Shown: in pieces, positions 1 to 9,976 of the stretch | Position numbering within the stretch: the first letter of the stretch is position 1 | Layout: every line of letters starts with the position of its first letter | NCBI GenBank assembly: GCA_017443175.1 | Contig: JAFSOZ010000003.1 | Span: forward strand, 289,892 to 353,891 | Direction of reading: 5' to 3' | Origin: Bacteroidales bacterium | GTDB lineage: Bacteria; Bacteroidota; Bacteroidia; Bacteroidales; WCHB1-69 | DNA: 64,000 nucleotides | Made by a program: the position numbers and the translations under genes | Notes under the pieces: generated by a model | The model's input: only the letters and a program-made list of their open reading frames with translations | Database searches by the model: none | Told to the model about the DNA's origin: nothing

Positions 1-3000
1 AACGTGATAATTAACACCGCCATTGCCGTTCAAACCGGTGAATACAGTAGAATCAACACCATTCAATGAATATGTGAAGTTAGGATTCGGGTTTGTAATG
101 GTAATAGTACCAGTACCGAGAGAAGAACAATCTTCGTCATCAACATGAGTAGCAGTAATATGGTATTCTGGCTTCACAACATGCAAATACTGCCATGGAA
201 TTGATAAATAACATTCGAAAATCTTATGCTCTTGAACGACCATATAGTATCCGTCGGGCAAGCTATCAATAATGAAGTTATGGTCAGCAAAGTTATCTTG
301 ATCACGTTCAATATCCCATACATACCTACCAGCTTCAGGACTATACATCCAACGAGCCAAGAAATAGTTATATTCGTTGTTAGGATTGGTAATCTGAACC
401 TTATTGTCCGGATGAGCACAATCAGTACCATTGGTGTAAGTAGCTTTAACAGTATCAAACACCAAGATGCTATGAGGAACCTCAACGTTAAAATTAATAC
501 CGCAGTTATGGTCATCCTTAATAGTCATAGCGTAAATTTGGTCAGCTAAGCTGTCAAATACAACAGCAGTACCGGCAACACCAATAATCGTTTCACCAGC
601 AAGAGTGTAGGTAAATCCAGTCATAACTTGGTTAGCAGGAACGGTAACAGAACCATTCTGACCATGGTAGCCACCGAACATATATTCACAATAATCATTA
701 TCATGAATTGTAAGAGTCGGAATAGCAGGCACAGCCGTACGTGAAGGCATGGTGAAAGGTTGGACAAACGTACAATTACCAGAAGAAACGATGGTAATAG
801 GATGATCGCCGACAGAAAGGCTATCGAATGCCAATGTGCCATTGTTACCACGAACAGTTTTACCATCTACAGTATAGGTGTATGTCGGATTAGAGTTGGC
901 AATATAAAGAATACCATTGTCCATTGTACAATCAGCTGTATCAATTGTAACAATATGAGTGGTAGGTGTATCCGTAACGTCAAGTACAGTCACGTCATTA
1001 GTAACGAAATGACAGCCCTTAGGAGAAACAACATACACGCGATAGGTATCTTGATACAACCAGTTGAACATAATCGGGGTAATCACAGTAGAATCACTTG
1101 TGATAACCTCACCGTCAGTAAAGTGAGTGTCACTTGAAATCTGATAGACATAGTTCTCAACATTAGGAGTAACTTGGACCGAACCTTCATAAGGATTCTC
1201 ACACTTGAAATTGTCGCGGAGACGAGTAGCCGTGAACGGAGCATTAAGATCAGTCGTGTCGTGTTTTACAGTGTCGGTGAAAGTAGCATAACAACCGTGA
1301 GTAGTATAAACCGTGAAGTCGTATGTATTCTGAACAAGGCCAGTGTAAACATAGCTAATCGGGCGATACGGTGTATAGTTGTCACCATTCCACTTGTAAC
1401 CGGCGATCTCAGCAGTGTCATTCAAAACATTGATAGTGAAAGTACCATCGTAGATAGGATTATTCATAGCATCAACTGCGCCATCGCAATAGGTGTTCGG
1501 AGTAGTGACAAACTCAATGTCAGTACGAACAGGTGTACGATAAACAAGAGGAGAAACTGTCATAATGCTAGAACAACCAGCCTGATCTGTAACAGTCAAT
1601 GTGTAGGTATGAGCTGCAGTGGTCATAGTCACATCAATGGTCTCTGTGGTTGCACCAGTGGACCAAGCCCAAGTGCAGGTACCGATAGCATTGACAACGG
1701 TCGGGGTGAGCGTAGTAGCAAGAGGCTCACAACCAACATTGCTAGAAGCGATATCCGTGATATTAACGGTGTTGGCCGGCATCTTCACATTGATAACGTG
1801 AGTGTATGTCAAGCAAGGAACTGCATCAGGATTATTCTGGTTACGAGGAGCTGTGATGGTAATCACAACAGTGGTATCGTGATTGACGAAAGTACCAGGA
1901 GTAACATCCTGAGTAATCTCCATCTCACTCAGAGAGAAGCAATTATGTTGTACAGTCAGCGGGTTGAAATAAACGTTAGTAGAGACAAAGTCAGGAACAC
2001 TGATAACGCAATCATTACGTCCGGAAACTAACGGCATCGTTATTTCTGTGATAGCAGTAACAGTCAGCGTATCCTCTGCTCTGAGAGCACCGTAGATATT
2101 GAATGCGGTAGTGGCAGAGCAGTTCTTCATGTTGGTCACGGTGAGATATGTGGTGTATAAAGTGTCACAGTTCTCACAAGCCATCTTGAACATGTTGGTG
2201 TAGGTGTGCTTGTTCAAAACATCGGAAGCACCAGACCATGTATAACCGAGGCTCTGGTAATTGATGACAGAGTCAGGAAGGTTAGAAACTGAGTTGCCAG
2301 ATTGTACATAGAAGTCGCCATAGTTGGGGCAAAGGGTGTCGCCATCATGGATCGGGTTGCCGGTGTTTTCAGGATGGCTGATAATCTCAGCGGTAGGCAG
2401 ACGGTAGAAGTGGACAGCATTGGAGGTGTCAGCAGCAACACAACCGAGAGAATCGGTAACCGTCATGATAAAGTGAGAAGAGGTGTTAAGCATCTGGTCA
2501 ACAGGAGCAATAACAGCTTCAAGATAGTTGTTAGAATCCGGAGTAATGATGGACTGACCAACAACAGAAATCTGTGACCATTGATAAGTATAAGGTCTGT
2601 CAGCATTCATGACAAAGTTGTCATTGAAATGCATATTGGTCGTAACGTCAGCACAAAGTTCAAGCGTATCAATCGTGATAGCACCATGGGCAATGTACAT
2701 AGCAGCCGGTTTGTGAATATCAAATACCGGAGTCTTCGCAGAGCTATTGCCGCAAGCATCGGTAACAACAGCATAAATCGTCACCAGGTTGGTGTCGGCG
2801 AAGATATTGAGATTGCCATCGGCCAAAACATTGGTGTTGTTGATGTAGAACACCACCGTGTCGAAAGCAGACTCAGTACAATTATAAGTAACATGAATAT
2901 TCGTGTCGTTATCAAAGATGTTACGCAGTGTAGCGTATGAAGGAACATCGTAAGTACAAGCAGTATCACGAACAGGGTTCACATTGATACGGCCAGAGAT

Positions 3001-5286
3001 AACGGGCTTGAAATCATTGTTAATAGTAAAGATCTCAGAAATAGTGTTGGAGTGGTTGCCACAAGCATCAACAGCCTCGTATGTACGAGTCACGATGGTC
3101 TGGCAAGCAGTATGGGAAGTAACCACGTCTGTAACATTGAGGGTGTTCACGTTCACACAACCATCAATGATAGTACCGACTGCCGTAGCAGGAACAGTGG
3201 CAGTGCTATCGGCTATGACAGCGAAATCAGCAAGCGTATAAGGAGCAGGAACAGCAGAAGAGTCGCAACCACTCAAGGTGCGGATCTTGTTGCCCAATGT
3301 GTCAAACGCAGCGCCGGTAGTATCCCATGCCATAACAGGGTTCTCGATATCCTGAGCCTTGATAGTATAGGTACGAGTCATTTCATTTTGACATCCTTTA
3401 ATGGTAGCTGCCGTAATATGGACAGTATAGGTGTCAACCTGGTTGCAAACCATGGAAGCGTTTACTGTGAGGTTGGTGTCATTGGAGAGAGAAACATTGT
3501 TCTTGAACCACTCATAAGTAACAGTAGGAAGAACATCGTTATAGTCAGGCTCAATGGAAGAAACCATACTGTTCATTGTAACAGAAGCACCTGGACAAAC
3601 CACGAAATCAAGTTGAGTGGAATCAACAACGAATTCAGGAGTCATAAAGAACTCGAATGTCACAGAATCATATTTAGCCGAGAAGGTATTCGTGTTGGTA
3701 TTGACCGTATAAAGATAGAAGGTAATGACCTTGTCTTCGTTCTCGGGATTCAGTTCTGTCAAATCCAGACTGATGGTGTCTCCGATCTGTTTCAGATATG
3801 CAGCGGCGTGAGTAGGATAACCCAAGTCATCTTCGGTGTACCATCTGATTTCTGTGGAGCAGAAATCCTGAGGATCCAGATGAGCACGGAGCACGACCGG
3901 AGAGTTGGCTTCCAGAGTCTCATTACAATAAGAATAATAATGAGCACCTTCCAGGATCGGAGGGAAGAGGTCGCGTACGTTCACCACGACGGTATCAACC
4001 TGACCACCACAACCGATGGTATCATCATCCATGGCGTCATAATAGAAATTGAACTGACGAGCATAGAACGGATATTGACCAGCAGTTTGGGTCAGCTGGT
4101 TCAGAGACAGAAGTTGGGACATGTCGGTAGTCCAGCTCACACCGTTCTCAGACCAACGGATTTCATGACCGATGATGCCAGGGGCATCCAAGTCAACCTC
4201 GGTCACAAGACCAAGCAAGTCAGCTGCGGTGAAATTCTCGTCACGGCAGAGGTTGGTGTCTCTGGCCACGATATCGGGATTGATACGGGTATAGAGTTGA
4301 AGAGTATCGATACGTTCCACAATCCAGTGGTCGCAAACATAGTCACCGAAGAGAACATAATACAGACTTTCTTCTGTGAAAGCATAAAGGGTAGAACCAG
4401 TGGGGGTCACTTGGCCACGGCCATACATGAATGTCTCGCCGTCGCAGATGGATTTTTCATGAGCAGTGGTCACGAGATAATGCAGAGAGTCTTGATAAAG
4501 GATCTGGCCGCAGCAGCTCTGGTGGCCGCCGATATACATTTCAGGATTCTGGGAACCGTCCATCGTGAAGTCATAGTCAGTACCACCGATACGTTCACGG
4601 ATACGAACTACGAGAGCATAATTACCAACTTGTTTCCATTTGATGACAAAATCAGTAGTGGAGTGTTCACTTGCGAGGAAAGGCAGATAGAAATAGTCGA
4701 AGTTATACGTGTACATTACATGCGTATAACCGGCAGCGTGGTGAGACTCATCAAAGTATGCAGGTGCGAGCGGATTAGCCTGGCGTGCGCCCGGGAAGTC
4801 ATTGTGATTGACATGCCAAGTACTGGGATCGCAACCACAAACACCATCGCCATTTTCTACGATACCACCCAGCCAGTTGATGTTCTGGCATACGCCGGCA
4901 GCGTTAAGCTGATCATAGCGGGTGTAGATGCCGATTTCTGCATAGTCTGACAGATCACCATTTACCAATTGGCCGTCACGATAAAGCAGCCACTCAATGG
5001 AGACTTTAGTCCCACAGTTAGCACCTGTCGGGAAATGAAGTCTGTAAATGTCAGTGCTGTCTTTACGGGCGATGTTAAGAACATTGTTCAACACAAGGTC
5101 CATGCCGGCACTGGTGTCTTGAGCAATCCCAGTACCGTCCAGGTTGGCAATATGCTGGGCCGTCACCGGCTGCATGTTTTCAACCCAGAAACAGCATGAT
5201 GGATTGCTACTTTGCGCTTGAGCTGTGAAAAAGCTCATCATCGTAAGCAGAACGCTTAGCAAGCAAATTGATAATAGTTTTTTCAT
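1..5286 (-). CDS. Giant secreted SprB-repeat / Ig-like adhesin, N-terminal 1762 codons; C-terminus lies beyond the window start
   Basis: ATG at 5286 (plus-strand cat 5284-5286) is followed by the signal peptide MKKLLSICLLSVLLTMMSFFTAQAQ. I hand-translated the minus frame codon by codon from 5286 to base 1 and found no stop (no TTA/CTA/TCA in plus-strand phase 1). The ORF therefore runs off the left edge, which explains its absence from the ORF track. Repeated modules include TRTYEAVDACGNHSN, IYAVVTDACGNSS and TYTLTVTDQAGCSS. At least 5 SprB-type repeats lie near the edge (e.g. DCSSLGTGTITITNPNPNFTYSLNG). Plus-strand ORFs 760-1137, 1174-2031, 2581-2940 and 3052-4950 are antisense shadows of this gene. 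Confidence 0.85.
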   Translation of the reverse strand, partial: MKKLLSICLLSVLLTMMSFFTAQAQSSNPSCCFWVENMQPVTAQHIANLDGTGIAQDTSAGMDLVLNNVLNIARKDSTDIYRLHFPTGANCGTKVSIEWLLYRDGQLVNGDLSDYAEIGIYTRYDQLNAAGVCQNINWLGGIVENGDGVCGCDPSTWHVNHNDFPGARQANPLAPAYFDESHHAAGYTHVMYTYNFDYFYLPFLASEHSTTDFVIKWKQVGNYALVVRIRERIGGTDYDFTMDGSQNPEMYIGGHQSCCGQILYQDSLHYLVTTAHEKSICDGETFMYGRGQVTPTGSTLYAFTEESLYYVLFGDYVCDHWIVERIDTLQLYTRINPDIVARDTNLCRDENFTAADLLGLVTEVDLDAPGIIGHEIRWSENGVSWTTDMSQLLSLNQLTQTAGQYPFYARQFNFYYDAMDDDTIGCGGQVDTVVVNVRDLFPPILEGAHYYSYCNETLEANSPVVLRAHLDPQDFCSTEIRWYTEDDLGYPTHAAAYLKQIGDTISLDLTELNPENEDKVITFYLYTVNTNTNTFSAKYDSVTFEFFMTPEFVVDSTQLDFVVCPGASVTMNSMVSSIEPDYNDVLPTVTYEWFKNNVSLSNDTNLTVNASMVCNQVDTYTVHITAATIKGCQNEMTRTYTIKAQDIENPVMAWDTTGAAFDTLGNKIRTLSGCDSSAVPAPYTLADFAVIADSTATVPATAVGTIIDGCVNVNTLNVTDVVTSHTACQTIVTRTYEAVDACGNHSNTISEIFTINNDFKPVISGRINVNPVRDTACTYDVPSYATLRNIFDNDTNIHVTYNCTESAFDTVVFYINNTNVLADGNLNIFADTNLVTIYAVVTDACGNSSAKTPVFDIHKPAAMYIAHGAITIDTLELCADVTTNMHFNDNFVMNADRPYTYQWSQISVVGQSIITPDSNNYLEAVIAPVDQMLNTSSHFIMTVTDSLGCVAADTSNAVHFYRLPTAEIISHPENTGNPIHDGDTLCPNYGDFYVQSGNSVSNLPDSVINYQSLGYTWSGASDVLNKHTYTNMFKMACENCDTLYTTYLTVTNMKNCSATTAFNIYGALRAEDTLTVTAITEITMPLVSGRNDCVISVPDFVSTNVYFNPLTVQHNCFSLSEMEITQDVTPGTFVNHDTTVVITITAPRNQNNPDAVPCLTYTHVINVKMPANTVNITDIASSNVGCEPLATTLTPTVVNAIGTCTWAWSTGATTETIDVTMTTAAHTYTLTVTDQAGCSSIMTVSPLVYRTPVRTDIEFVTTPNTYCDGAVDAMNNPIYDGTFTINVLNDTAEIAGYKWNGDNYTPYRPISYVYTGLVQNTYDFTVYTTHGCYATFTDTVKHDTTDLNAPFTATRLRDNFKCENPYEGSVQVTPNVENYVYQISSDTHFTDGEVITSDSTVITPIMFNWLYQDTYRVYVVSPKGCHFVTNDVTVLDVTDTPTTHIVTIDTADCTMDNGILYIANSNPTYTYTVDGKTVRGNNGTLAFDSLSVGDHPITIVSSGNCTFVQPFTMPSRTAVPAIPTLTIHDNDYCEYMFGGYHGQNGSVTVPANQVMTGFTYTLAGETIIGVAGTAVVFDSLADQIYAMTIKDDHNCGINFNVEVPHSILVFDTVKATYTNGTDCAHPDNKVQITNPNNEYNYFLARWMYSPEAGRYVWDIERDQDNFADHNFIIDSLPDGYYMVVQEHKIFECYLSIPWQYLHVVKPEYHITATHVDDEDCSSLGTGTITITNPNPNFTYSLNGVDSTVFTGLNGNGGVNYHV

Positions 5287-5389
5287 ACTTGTTTTTTTTT
5301 GTTGTTATTAATTATTTATTCTTTTTTTTCTTATATCATTGGCTTTTAGATTCATAGAGTACAATACACTATACTAAACTTTCAACCTG

Positions 5390-5397
5390 CAAAAATA
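5390..5397 (-). promoter_or_regulatory. Bacteroidetes -7 promoter box (TAnnTTTG) for the giant adhesin gene
   Basis: Plus-strand caaaaata is TATTTTTG on the minus strand. It sits in an AT-rich intergenic region about 100 nt upstream of ATG 5286. Confidence 0.5.
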
Positions 5398-5639
5398 CAT
5401 TTTTTTTTCATTCCTATTATTATTGCATTTTTTTTTTGATTTTTTTTCAAACCTTATTCACACCAACAAGACGGATTTTCGACTTATAAAATAATATCTG
5501 TTAAGATATAGTTTTAAAAATCAAACCTTTAAATTAGCCTTGCAATTTAAAGTTATGAACATTGGAGTAATGATAAGTATGCCGGATTCCTCCCGTCGGA
5601 GGCCGGATTTTCAAAGAAACAGAAGGGGAATGAAGGGTT

Positions 5640-7586
5640 TTAGCGGACGAATCTGAATTCTGTGCGACGGTTTGCGGCCCTGCCCTCCTCTGTGGAGTTA
5701 TCGGCGACAGGCTGCCGTTTTCCATAACCGGCATAGCTCAGACGTTCGGCGGGAATTCCACGCTCCACCAGATAGTCGTACACCGCCTTGGCTCTGCTCT
5801 GGGAGAGTCTGTCGTTATACTCGTCGCTGCCCTGGTCGTCGGTATGGCCGCCAATCTCTATCTTGACATTATTGTGAGACAGGTAGTCAACCAGTTTGTC
5901 GAGCTCCATATATGACTCGGGCTTCAGCTCGCTGCGGTTAAGGTCGAAGAAGATATTCTTCAGCACTACCACCGTGCCCACATCAGCACGATGCAGACGG
6001 ATATCCTTTATATAAGGTGAAATCTCCGTATAGGATTTCTCCACCTGGAAATTTTCAGAATAGAAAGGATAGTTGGCACAGGAGACATTGAGCATGATAT
6101 TGGTGCCAGTTTGGATACATGCCAGATACTCTCCGTTCTCGGCATCCGAAGTGGTGTGTGCCACCACCTTCTTCGTATTCAGATCCACCATTTCAAGCAC
6201 GGCCTCTTGCGGAGCACCCGTCAAAGCATCTGTGACATGACCTTTGATATAGGTAACCGGATTGGGTCTCAGGGTCTCATCCAGTTCAAAGCTGTACAAA
6301 TCAAGTCCGCCTTCACCGCCGTCCTTGTCGGAAGCCATATAAGCGACCGTTCCTTTTGCATTGATGAAGATGTTGATTTCATCCGCCGGGGTGTTGATGG
6401 GATATCCCAAGTTCTGGGGTTCGGTCCAGGAGCCGTCAGCTTGCAACACTGCATAGTACAGGTCATAGCCGCCCATCCCCACTCTTCCGTTGGAAGCGAA
6501 GTAGAGCGTGCGCCCGTCACTATGGATGAATGGCGCTGCATCATCGCCCGGCGTGTTGATGACAGGTCCGAGATTCTCCGGAGCCGTGAAGGCACCCTCA
6601 GAAGTCATAGTGGTTTTCCAGATGTCCTTGCCGCCGAAGCCGCCCGGACGGGAGGAAACAAAATAGATCGTATGGCCGTCCGAAGCCATCGAAGGCTGGC
6701 TCTCCCATGCAGGTGAATTCACGGGCGCGCCAAAGTTACGCGGCCGCGACCACTTCTGCCCTATCATCTTGGACCAGTACAGATCGCAACTGCCCATACC
6801 ATAGTCGGCATCGCACATGGTGTATAACAAATAATTGCCATCTGGGGAAATGCACTGTGCACCTTCATTGTAGCCACTCTTGATGGGAGCACCGATAGGC
6901 TCGCGCTTCTGCCACTGACCGTTACCATCCTTGACAGAGAAATAGAGATCCTCTTCGTTCAGGCAGAAAGCACAAACCGTATGTTTGTCCTTGGGTCTCT
7001 TTACCGTATATATCAAAATGGAATCATCCGCCGTGATAGAAGCAAGGTACTCATCCCATTCCGAATTGATGTTTGCTCCGAGATTTACGGGCTGGAATTT
7101 CACAGGATGCTCCATTGCCTCAATGCCAAACCGACAATTGGCGATTCCTCGCTGGGCTTCCGAAAGCACCTCCGTATATTGTAAGCCTTTCTGCATGAAA
7201 AGTTCGTAATTCCGAAGGGCATCACGGTACTGCGCACACTTGGCACCCTCATTGGCAGCAATGAAATAGAGCATCGGATCAGGATCGCCAATCAACGCAA
7301 TGGCTTTGTTATAGCACTTGACGGCCGAATCGGATTGCAAGGAGAAATTGTACACATCCCCCATTATGATATACGTATCTGGATATTGGGGATCTTTCTG
7401 TTCGGCTTGCTTCAACAAGGCCAACGCCTTTTCAAAATTGTGCTCGTTGACACATTGTTCAGCCTTTTTACAGAGAGCTGCCGCTTTGGAATTCTTCTGT
7501 GCAAATGCAACATTGCTCGTGACAATGAAGACGGTCAGCATTAATGTATATATATATACTATTTTATATAAATAACCATTCTTCAT
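5640..7586 (-). CDS. OmpA-family outer-membrane/periplasmic protein with N-terminal TPR, TolB-like PD40 beta-propeller repeats and a C-terminal OmpA peptidoglycan-binding domain
   Basis: The C-terminus reads NIFFDLNRSELKPES...GHTDDQGSDEYNDRLSQSRAKAVYDYL...RRTEFRF (OmpA_C). PD40-like repeats include SPDGNYLLYT, ASDGHTIYFVSSR and HSDGRTLYFASN. The track start at 7592 is a GTG; the first ATG is 7586 (MKNGYLYKIV...AFAQ signal). Confidence 0.85.
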   Translation of the reverse strand: MKNGYLYKIVYIYTLMLTVFIVTSNVAFAQKNSKAAALCKKAEQCVNEHNFEKALALLKQAEQKDPQYPDTYIIMGDVYNFSLQSDSAVKCYNKAIALIGDPDPMLYFIAANEGAKCAQYRDALRNYELFMQKGLQYTEVLSEAQRGIANCRFGIEAMEHPVKFQPVNLGANINSEWDEYLASITADDSILIYTVKRPKDKHTVCAFCLNEEDLYFSVKDGNGQWQKREPIGAPIKSGYNEGAQCISPDGNYLLYTMCDADYGMGSCDLYWSKMIGQKWSRPRNFGAPVNSPAWESQPSMASDGHTIYFVSSRPGGFGGKDIWKTTMTSEGAFTAPENLGPVINTPGDDAAPFIHSDGRTLYFASNGRVGMGGYDLYYAVLQADGSWTEPQNLGYPINTPADEINIFINAKGTVAYMASDKDGGEGGLDLYSFELDETLRPNPVTYIKGHVTDALTGAPQEAVLEMVDLNTKKVVAHTTSDAENGEYLACIQTGTNIMLNVSCANYPFYSENFQVEKSYTEISPYIKDIRLHRADVGTVVVLKNIFFDLNRSELKPESYMELDKLVDYLSHNNVKIEIGGHTDDQGSDEYNDRLSQSRAKAVYDYLVERGIPAERLSYAGYGKRQPVADNSTEEGRAANRRTEFRFVR

Positions 7587-7597
7587 TGCCACTTGGA

Positions 7598-8368
7598 TTA
7601 TTGTTCGTTATGCTTGGCCTCCTGCCAATAAGTTTCCATCTCTTCCAAAGTGAGGTCAGTCAATTTGCGATTGGACAATTTGGCCTGTTCCTCTATGTGT
7701 TGAAAACGCTGGATAAATTTGCGATTCGTTTTCTCTAACGCATCATCAGGGTTGATTCGTATAAATCTAGCATAATTTATCAGAGAAAAGAGCACATCGC
7801 CAAGTTCATCTTCTACTCTATCGGATTGATTATCAACTTCTTTTTTCAACTCAGACAATTCTTCCTGAACCTTGTTCCAAACTTCTTGCTCATTGTGCCA
7901 GTCAAAGCCCACACCATTGGCCTTCTCCTGAATCCGATAAGCCTTGATCATGGACGGCGCACTTTGGGGCACACCGCCCAACACGGAACGGTTTCCTTCC
8001 TTCTGCAACTTGATCTTCTCCCAGTTCTCATGGACTTGTTGCGCATTCTGCGCAGATGTATCCCCATATATGTGGGGATGGCGTCGGATCAATTTATCAC
8101 AGAGTTGATTGATAACATCTGAAATATCAAATAGTTTTGTTTCGGATGCTATTTTAGCATAAAACACAATATGCAACATCAAATCTCCGAGTTCCTTGCA
8201 CATATCCGGATAATCCTTGCCCACAATTGCCTCCGACAGTTCAAAGGTCTCTTCTATGGTTAGGCAACGCAAAGTCTCAAAAGTCTGCACACTATCCCAC
8301 GGACACTTCTCACGAAGTTCATCCATGATGTCAAGCAGTCTTTGAAACGCCTCTAATCTTTTATCCAT
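7598..8368 (-). CDS. mazG: Nucleoside triphosphate pyrophosphohydrolase MazG
   Basis: MDKRLEAFQRLLDIMDELREKCPWDSVQTFETL... with tandem MazG domains. I chose the internal ATG at 8368 (cat 8366-8368) because the longer track ORF overlaps proS. Confidence 0.85.
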   Translation of the reverse strand: MDKRLEAFQRLLDIMDELREKCPWDSVQTFETLRCLTIEETFELSEAIVGKDYPDMCKELGDLMLHIVFYAKIASETKLFDISDVINQLCDKLIRRHPHIYGDTSAQNAQQVHENWEKIKLQKEGNRSVLGGVPQSAPSMIKAYRIQEKANGVGFDWHNEQEVWNKVQEELSELKKEVDNQSDRVEDELGDVLFSLINYARFIRINPDDALEKTNRKFIQRFQHIEEQAKLSNRKLTDLTLEEMETYWQEAKHNEQ

Positions 8369-8397
8369 CAAAAAATAGTTTTGAAAATAGAGAAATA

Positions 8398-9873
8398 CTA
8401 ATAAGATCTGGCAAACAAGACTCTCTGTTTGGAAGGTTTGCCCGTCAAAATGCACTTGCCTTCCTCCAGCGGATTATTGAACGGTATGCAACGAATCGTC
8501 GCCTTCGTCAGTTCCTTGATCTTATCTTCCGTTTCCGCTGTGCCGTCCCAATGTGCGTAGATAAAGCCAGGGTGGTTATCCAGCAAATCCACAAACTCGT
8601 CCCAAGTATCGGCTTTTCGAGTATTATCGTCTCTGAATTTCAATGCTTTGGCAAACAGATTAGCTTGAACATCCTTCAACAGCTGTTGTACATATTCAAC
8701 AAGTGTATCAAAAGGTACAACCTCCTTGGTCAATGTGTCTCGACGGGCCACCTCGGCAGCATTGTTTTCCAAATCACGAGGCCCGATGGCGATTCTCACG
8801 GGGACACCCTTCAATTCATATTCATTGAATTTCCATCCAGAACGCTTGGTGTCATCATTGTCAAACTTTACAGAGATATTAAGCTCTTTCAGTTTTGCAA
8901 TGAGCGGCTGAACCTTCTCGGCAATTGCCTGACGTTGTTCTTCTTCCCTATAGATAGGTACGATCACCACTTGAATAGGAGCAAGATTCGGCGGCAAGAC
9001 CAAACCGTTGTCATCGGAGTGTGTCATAATAAGAGCGCCAATCAATCGGGTGGAAACGCCCCAGGAAGTTGCCCATACATACTCTTGCTGGTTGCTTTGG
9101 TTCAGGAACTTCACATCAAAAGCCTTGGCAAAATTCTGACCGAGGAAATGGGAAGTACCAGCCTGCAATGCCTTGCCATCCTGCATGAGTGCCTCGATGC
9201 AATAGGTGTCAATAGCACCGGCAAAACGCTCATTCGGAGACTTAACACCCTGAATCACAGGAATTGCCATGAAGTTCTCCACAAAGTCTGCATAGACGTG
9301 CAACATTCTTTCGGTTTCTTCCACGGCCTCCTCGCGGGTGGCGTGCGCAGTGTGACCCTCCTGCCACAAGAACTCTGCCGTGCGCAGGAACAAACGCGTG
9401 CGCATCTCCCAACGAACCACATTAGCCCACTGGTTGCACAAAATCGGCAGGTCACGGTACGATTGAATCCAATTCTTATAAGTGTCCCAAATAATGGTTT
9501 CGGAAGTCGGACGGACAATGAGTTCCTCTTCCAGCTTAGCTTCAGGATCAACGACCACTCCGCCGCCATTGGGATCATTCTTCAAACGATAATGTGTCAC
9601 AACGGCACATTCCTTGGCAAAGCCCTCCACATGGCTGGCTTCACGACTGAAAAAGGACTTGGGAATAAAAATCGGGAAATAGGCATTCGAGTGTCCCGTC
9701 TCCTTGAACATCCGATCCAAGGTGGACTGCATCTTCTCCCAAATCGCATAGCCGTATGGCTTTATCACCATGCATCCTCTAACCGCCGAATTCTCAGCAA
9801 GATCTGCTTTCTTTACAATATCATTATACCATTGTGAATAATTCTCATCTCGTGTAGAAAAACTTTTAGCCAT
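8398..9873 (-). CDS. proS: Proline--tRNA ligase (archaeal/eukaryote-like class II type)
   Basis: 491 aa. N-terminus is [46 protein letters not shown]. Class II motifs and a C-terminal ProRS domain are present. Confidence 0.92.
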   Translation of the reverse strand: MAKSFSTRDENYSQWYNDIVKKADLAENSAVRGCMVIKPYGYAIWEKMQSTLDRMFKETGHSNAYFPIFIPKSFFSREASHVEGFAKECAVVTHYRLKNDPNGGGVVVDPEAKLEEELIVRPTSETIIWDTYKNWIQSYRDLPILCNQWANVVRWEMRTRLFLRTAEFLWQEGHTAHATREEAVEETERMLHVYADFVENFMAIPVIQGVKSPNERFAGAIDTYCIEALMQDGKALQAGTSHFLGQNFAKAFDVKFLNQSNQQEYVWATSWGVSTRLIGALIMTHSDDNGLVLPPNLAPIQVVIVPIYREEEQRQAIAEKVQPLIAKLKELNISVKFDNDDTKRSGWKFNEYELKGVPVRIAIGPRDLENNAAEVARRDTLTKEVVPFDTLVEYVQQLLKDVQANLFAKALKFRDDNTRKADTWDEFVDLLDNHPGFIYAHWDGTAETEDKIKELTKATIRCIPFNNPLEEGKCILTGKPSKQRVLFARSY

Positions 9874-9902
9874 TATTTTTGAGTATTAAATTAACTTTTT
9901 CG

Positions 9903-9910
9903 TATTTTTG
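9903..9910 (+). promoter_or_regulatory. -7 promoter box TATTTTTG for the 9977-14942 operon
   Basis: TAnnTTTG match 67 nt upstream of ATG 9977. It forms the left arm of an 11-bp perfect inverted repeat with 9942-9952. Confidence 0.5.
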
Positions 9911-9942
9911 CCGTCAATGAAATGTTGTTTTGATTTGAATTG

Positions 9943-9950
9943 CAAAAATA
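9943..9950 (-). promoter_or_regulatory. -7 promoter box TATTTTTG (minus strand) for proS-mazG-ompA-like operon
   Basis: Plus-strand caaaaata, about 70 nt upstream of proS ATG 9873. Confidence 0.45.
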
Positions 9951-9976
9951 CGAAAATAAGCCATAAGGAGGTCATT

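Noticed and set aside
3052-4950. 632-aa plus-strand ORF, with its companions 760-1137, 1174-2031, 2302-2577, 2581-2940 and 4969-5199
   Set aside because: They are antisense shadows of the uninterrupted minus-strand giant ORF 1..5286. Their translations are Ile/Val/Ser/Arg-rich nonsense with no signal peptides or motifs. The minus frame has a signal peptide and coherent repeat domains.
5287-5639. Possible ncRNA or invertible promoter in the 353-bp AT-rich gap upstream of the giant adhesin gene (and similarly in 51535-51785)
   Set aside because: I found only homopolymer T/A tracts and one short GC hairpin (5582-5608). No convincing flanking inverted repeats or conserved RNA motifs were recognisable. 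The AT-rich matches are low-complexity noise.
7598-8455. N-terminal extensions of several track ORFs: mazG 8455, udk 15624, 16995, 19143, 19739, 30901, 33126, 42875, 45107, 46076, 48926, 50316, 58408, 61578
   Set aside because: The track takes the first ATG/GTG/TTG after a stop. In each case the extension overlaps the upstream gene, a -7 promoter box or a repeat element. A downstream ATG gives a canonical N-terminus or signal peptide.
8551-9837. 428-aa plus-strand ORF antisense to proS
   Set aside because: proS on the minus strand is unambiguous. The antisense translation has no recognisable motif, and such long shadow ORFs are common opposite highly expressed genes.
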